In this document: piece by piece, positions 61,731-64,000 of the stretch
How positions within the stretch are numbered: position 1 is the stretch's first letter
How the letters are laid out: every line of letters starts with the position of its first letter
Assembly (NCBI RefSeq): GCF_036971445.1
Contig: NW_027211886.1
Coordinates: 5,704,001 to 5,768,000, forward strand
Source: Narcine bancroftii
Lineage: Eukaryota
Reading direction: 5' to 3'
DNA length: 64,000 bases
Program-made: the position numbers and the translations under genes
Notes under the pieces: generated by a model
The model's input: only the letters and a program-made list of their open reading frames with translations
Databases searched by the model: none
What the model was told of the DNA's origin: nothing

Positions 61731-62865
61731 TATATATATTTTTCTTTGGTGTGTACACTCTGCAAATAAATCATTTAAATGAACCAAAAATAGGCATGAA
61801 AATACATCTGCTTCTGTGAGCTGGTTTTACCTCTGCTGTTGCTTCTATTTAGGCCTTAGCCTTGCCTGTGAACTGTTTTGCCACAGGCTCTGTAGACTGG
61901 CTTGACTGATGTTGAATTCAAGATAAAAAGAAAATGTTTGATGGATAATGACAATAAATTGCCACTGGCTTCAGGGAATTTTCCAGTAATAACTGTAAAT
62001 GAGTAAAAGCAGCATAAAATCTGTATGTTAATCAAGATATTCATTTAAGTCACAGAGAACTTTAAAAAGCTTAGTTCTAGACCCAAGTCCAGAGATCTCA
62101 ATGAGAAAATGCTGGCTCTAGTTTACTTGAAAGGTCCAATTCAGGCTGACAATCGCATTACCTTAAATACTTAGCATATGCAACTTTCAAAAGTTGTATT
62201 AGCCTGAGCTTGTGAACTGCAAGTACATAATTTAACAAAGTGGAGTTATAAGGATGTCAGACACTATTTCACTGAAAAACATATCTCACACATTTTTAAG
62301 TAATTAGCGATTGACCCAGGGGCTTTACAAAATAAAACAATTGGGTGCACGTGGCATGGAAGGATGTTGGATCAAAATTTCCCACAATGAAAAATATAAA
62401 ACAGTTAATTTCCAAATGGTTCAAATAATTGTAGGGATTTAGGGAAAAAATTTAGGTGAAGAACTAATGGAGTGACTCTAAAAGGAGCTAGCAAAAAAAA
62501 AATGGTGGACTGAATATATCCTGCCCCATGAAGATTCAATGAATCAATCATTTTAAGGAAATATGGGGATGCTATCACACTGGATCATAACTGAAGCCCT
62601 GTTGCATGGCGGATCAGCACAGAACTGACCATGACTTTAGCTCCAGGTTATTCACTTTCTGATGTCAGTGCAATTAAACCAAGAGAAGTTTGGGTGGTTT
62701 GGATTGAGATTCAATAGCAGGCATCAATCTTCTGAGAAAGCCCTCCTATGACACAATTAATCACCAAGGTTTCTGATGTCTGGAGTTGGAATATTAATGC
62801 CAGATTCATTAAAGACATGGCTTTGGCGTGAAAGAGGAGCAATATAGCCATACATGCATTTAGGT

Positions 62866-63210
62866 CAGTGGTTCTCAACCTTTTTTCTTTCCACTCACAC
62901 ATCACTTTAAGTAATCCCTCTGTGATTAGTAAGGGATTACTTAAGGTGGCATGTAAGTGGAAAGAAAAGGTTTGAAAACCACTGTTTTAATTGTACCTAA
63001 GTGACTCGTTATATGCATGGTTTCATAACTCCAAAGGAAATGGGACAATAACAATTTTTCTCAAGCAAAATATTTCAGTAACAATTGGGTCTAGAGCAGT
63101 GATTCTCAACCTTCCCACTTACATACCACCTTAAGCAATCTCTTACTAATCACAGAGCACTTATGGCATTGGGATTACTTCAAGTTGTATGTGAGTGGAA
63201 AGAACCACTG
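62866..63210. mobile_element. Composite hAT MITE-spacer-MITE unit, copy 2
   Basis: Units 62866-62984 and 63097-63210, same spacer as copy 1; TSD atttaggt / ctttaggt (7/8). Confidence 0.88.
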
Positions 63211-63239
63211 CTTTAGGTTATATGTTGACTACGTCTCAT

Positions 63240-63470
63240 TTGTAGCCTCTGAGTCAGAAGATATGGTTCAGACCTCTTCAGTCCAATGCAGAGAGAACAC
63301 TCCTGCCCCACTCACTTCCTGTTGGAGGTCCAGACTTTCAAATGGGATTTTAAACTGGGGTCTCACTTTCTTACCTAAAGGAACTTGTCAATTATCTCAA
63401 AACATTTTTTTTATGAGGAGAGCAGGGGTTTGACTTCACCTTTATCTATTCCTCAACCAACATTATCTGA
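63240..63470 (+). mobile_element. Ancient Deu-domain SINE remnant
   Basis: cctctgagtcagaag ... gttggaggt..gactttcaaatgggattttaaactgggg ... gagcagggg ... cctcaaccaacatt. Confidence 0.55.
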
Positions 63471-63781
63471 ATTAATTTTTATTTTATTTTGTAAATAGAT
63501 AGTATTCATAAAAATATGTGCAGGAAATATAAACCAATATGTATAGCTTTCTTTCTATTCATAATGTCATCCAATCAATCATTCATAAATCAATGCATTA
63601 CATGTATAAAAGACCAATGCAATTCATGTGGTCTCTTTGAACAATACTCTCCCTTCAAGTAACACAGGAAACAACCCCTCAATGCTGAATGGCAGCAGAA
63701 ACTTAGATTGCGTGAAGCCTTTGTATTGGTTGCACGGAAGTTTCCCATGTTTCTTAGTATGTTCTCCTGCAGCAAAGATGA

Positions 63782-64000
63782 AATTTCAGATTTATTGTCA
63801 GAGTGATTCGTTTTCCTGCAGGCCAGACAGAAATTCTACTTATCAGTAGTACAAAAAAAATGTACTCAGGAAAAGAAATATATATATATATAAAAGAGAA
63901 ATGTAAACAAGAAGGAAATGCAAACAAACTGTGCAATACAGAAAATAAATATTCAATAATAAATAACGTTGCAAAGTAAGAGTCTCTGCATGAGTTTTCT
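63782..64000 (-). mobile_element. Rex/Babar-like LINE 3' UTR, runs off the window
   Basis: ttcagatttattgtcagagt tail family. Confidence 0.75.

Noticed and set aside
59373-64000. Search for the next ZNRF3 exon (QPTEYFDMG..., transmembrane)
   Set aside because: Not found by eye; probably beyond the window end.

Overview
This is eukaryotic, not prokaryotic, DNA: a repeat-rich vertebrate window. The repeat set (HE1/V-type tRNA SINEs, Deu-domain SINE remnants, CR1, L1, RTE and Rex/Babar-like LINEs, Penelope-derived elements) points to a cartilaginous fish, probably a ray (inference). The window appears to lie inside the ZNRF3 gene (+ strand), the R-spondin-binding E3 ligase that feeds back on Wnt signalling. 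Two coding exons are recognisable (51866-51940 and 59241-59372). The rest is intron: transposons, many with exact target-site duplications (TSDs), microsatellites, three short N blocks and some unique stretches with regulatory-looking motif clusters. Nearly all ORFs in the track are TE fragments or noise. I found no convincing new multi-gene system. The best leads are: a young AviRTE-like RTE family including a twin-priming 5' inversion; a MITE-spacer-MITE hAT unit present twice; a dispersed ~120-nt hairpin family; TCF/LEF motif clusters; and N blocks that may hide ZNRF3 exon 2. Family assignments come from my recollection of motifs, not from database searches. Boundaries without a TSD are approximate.
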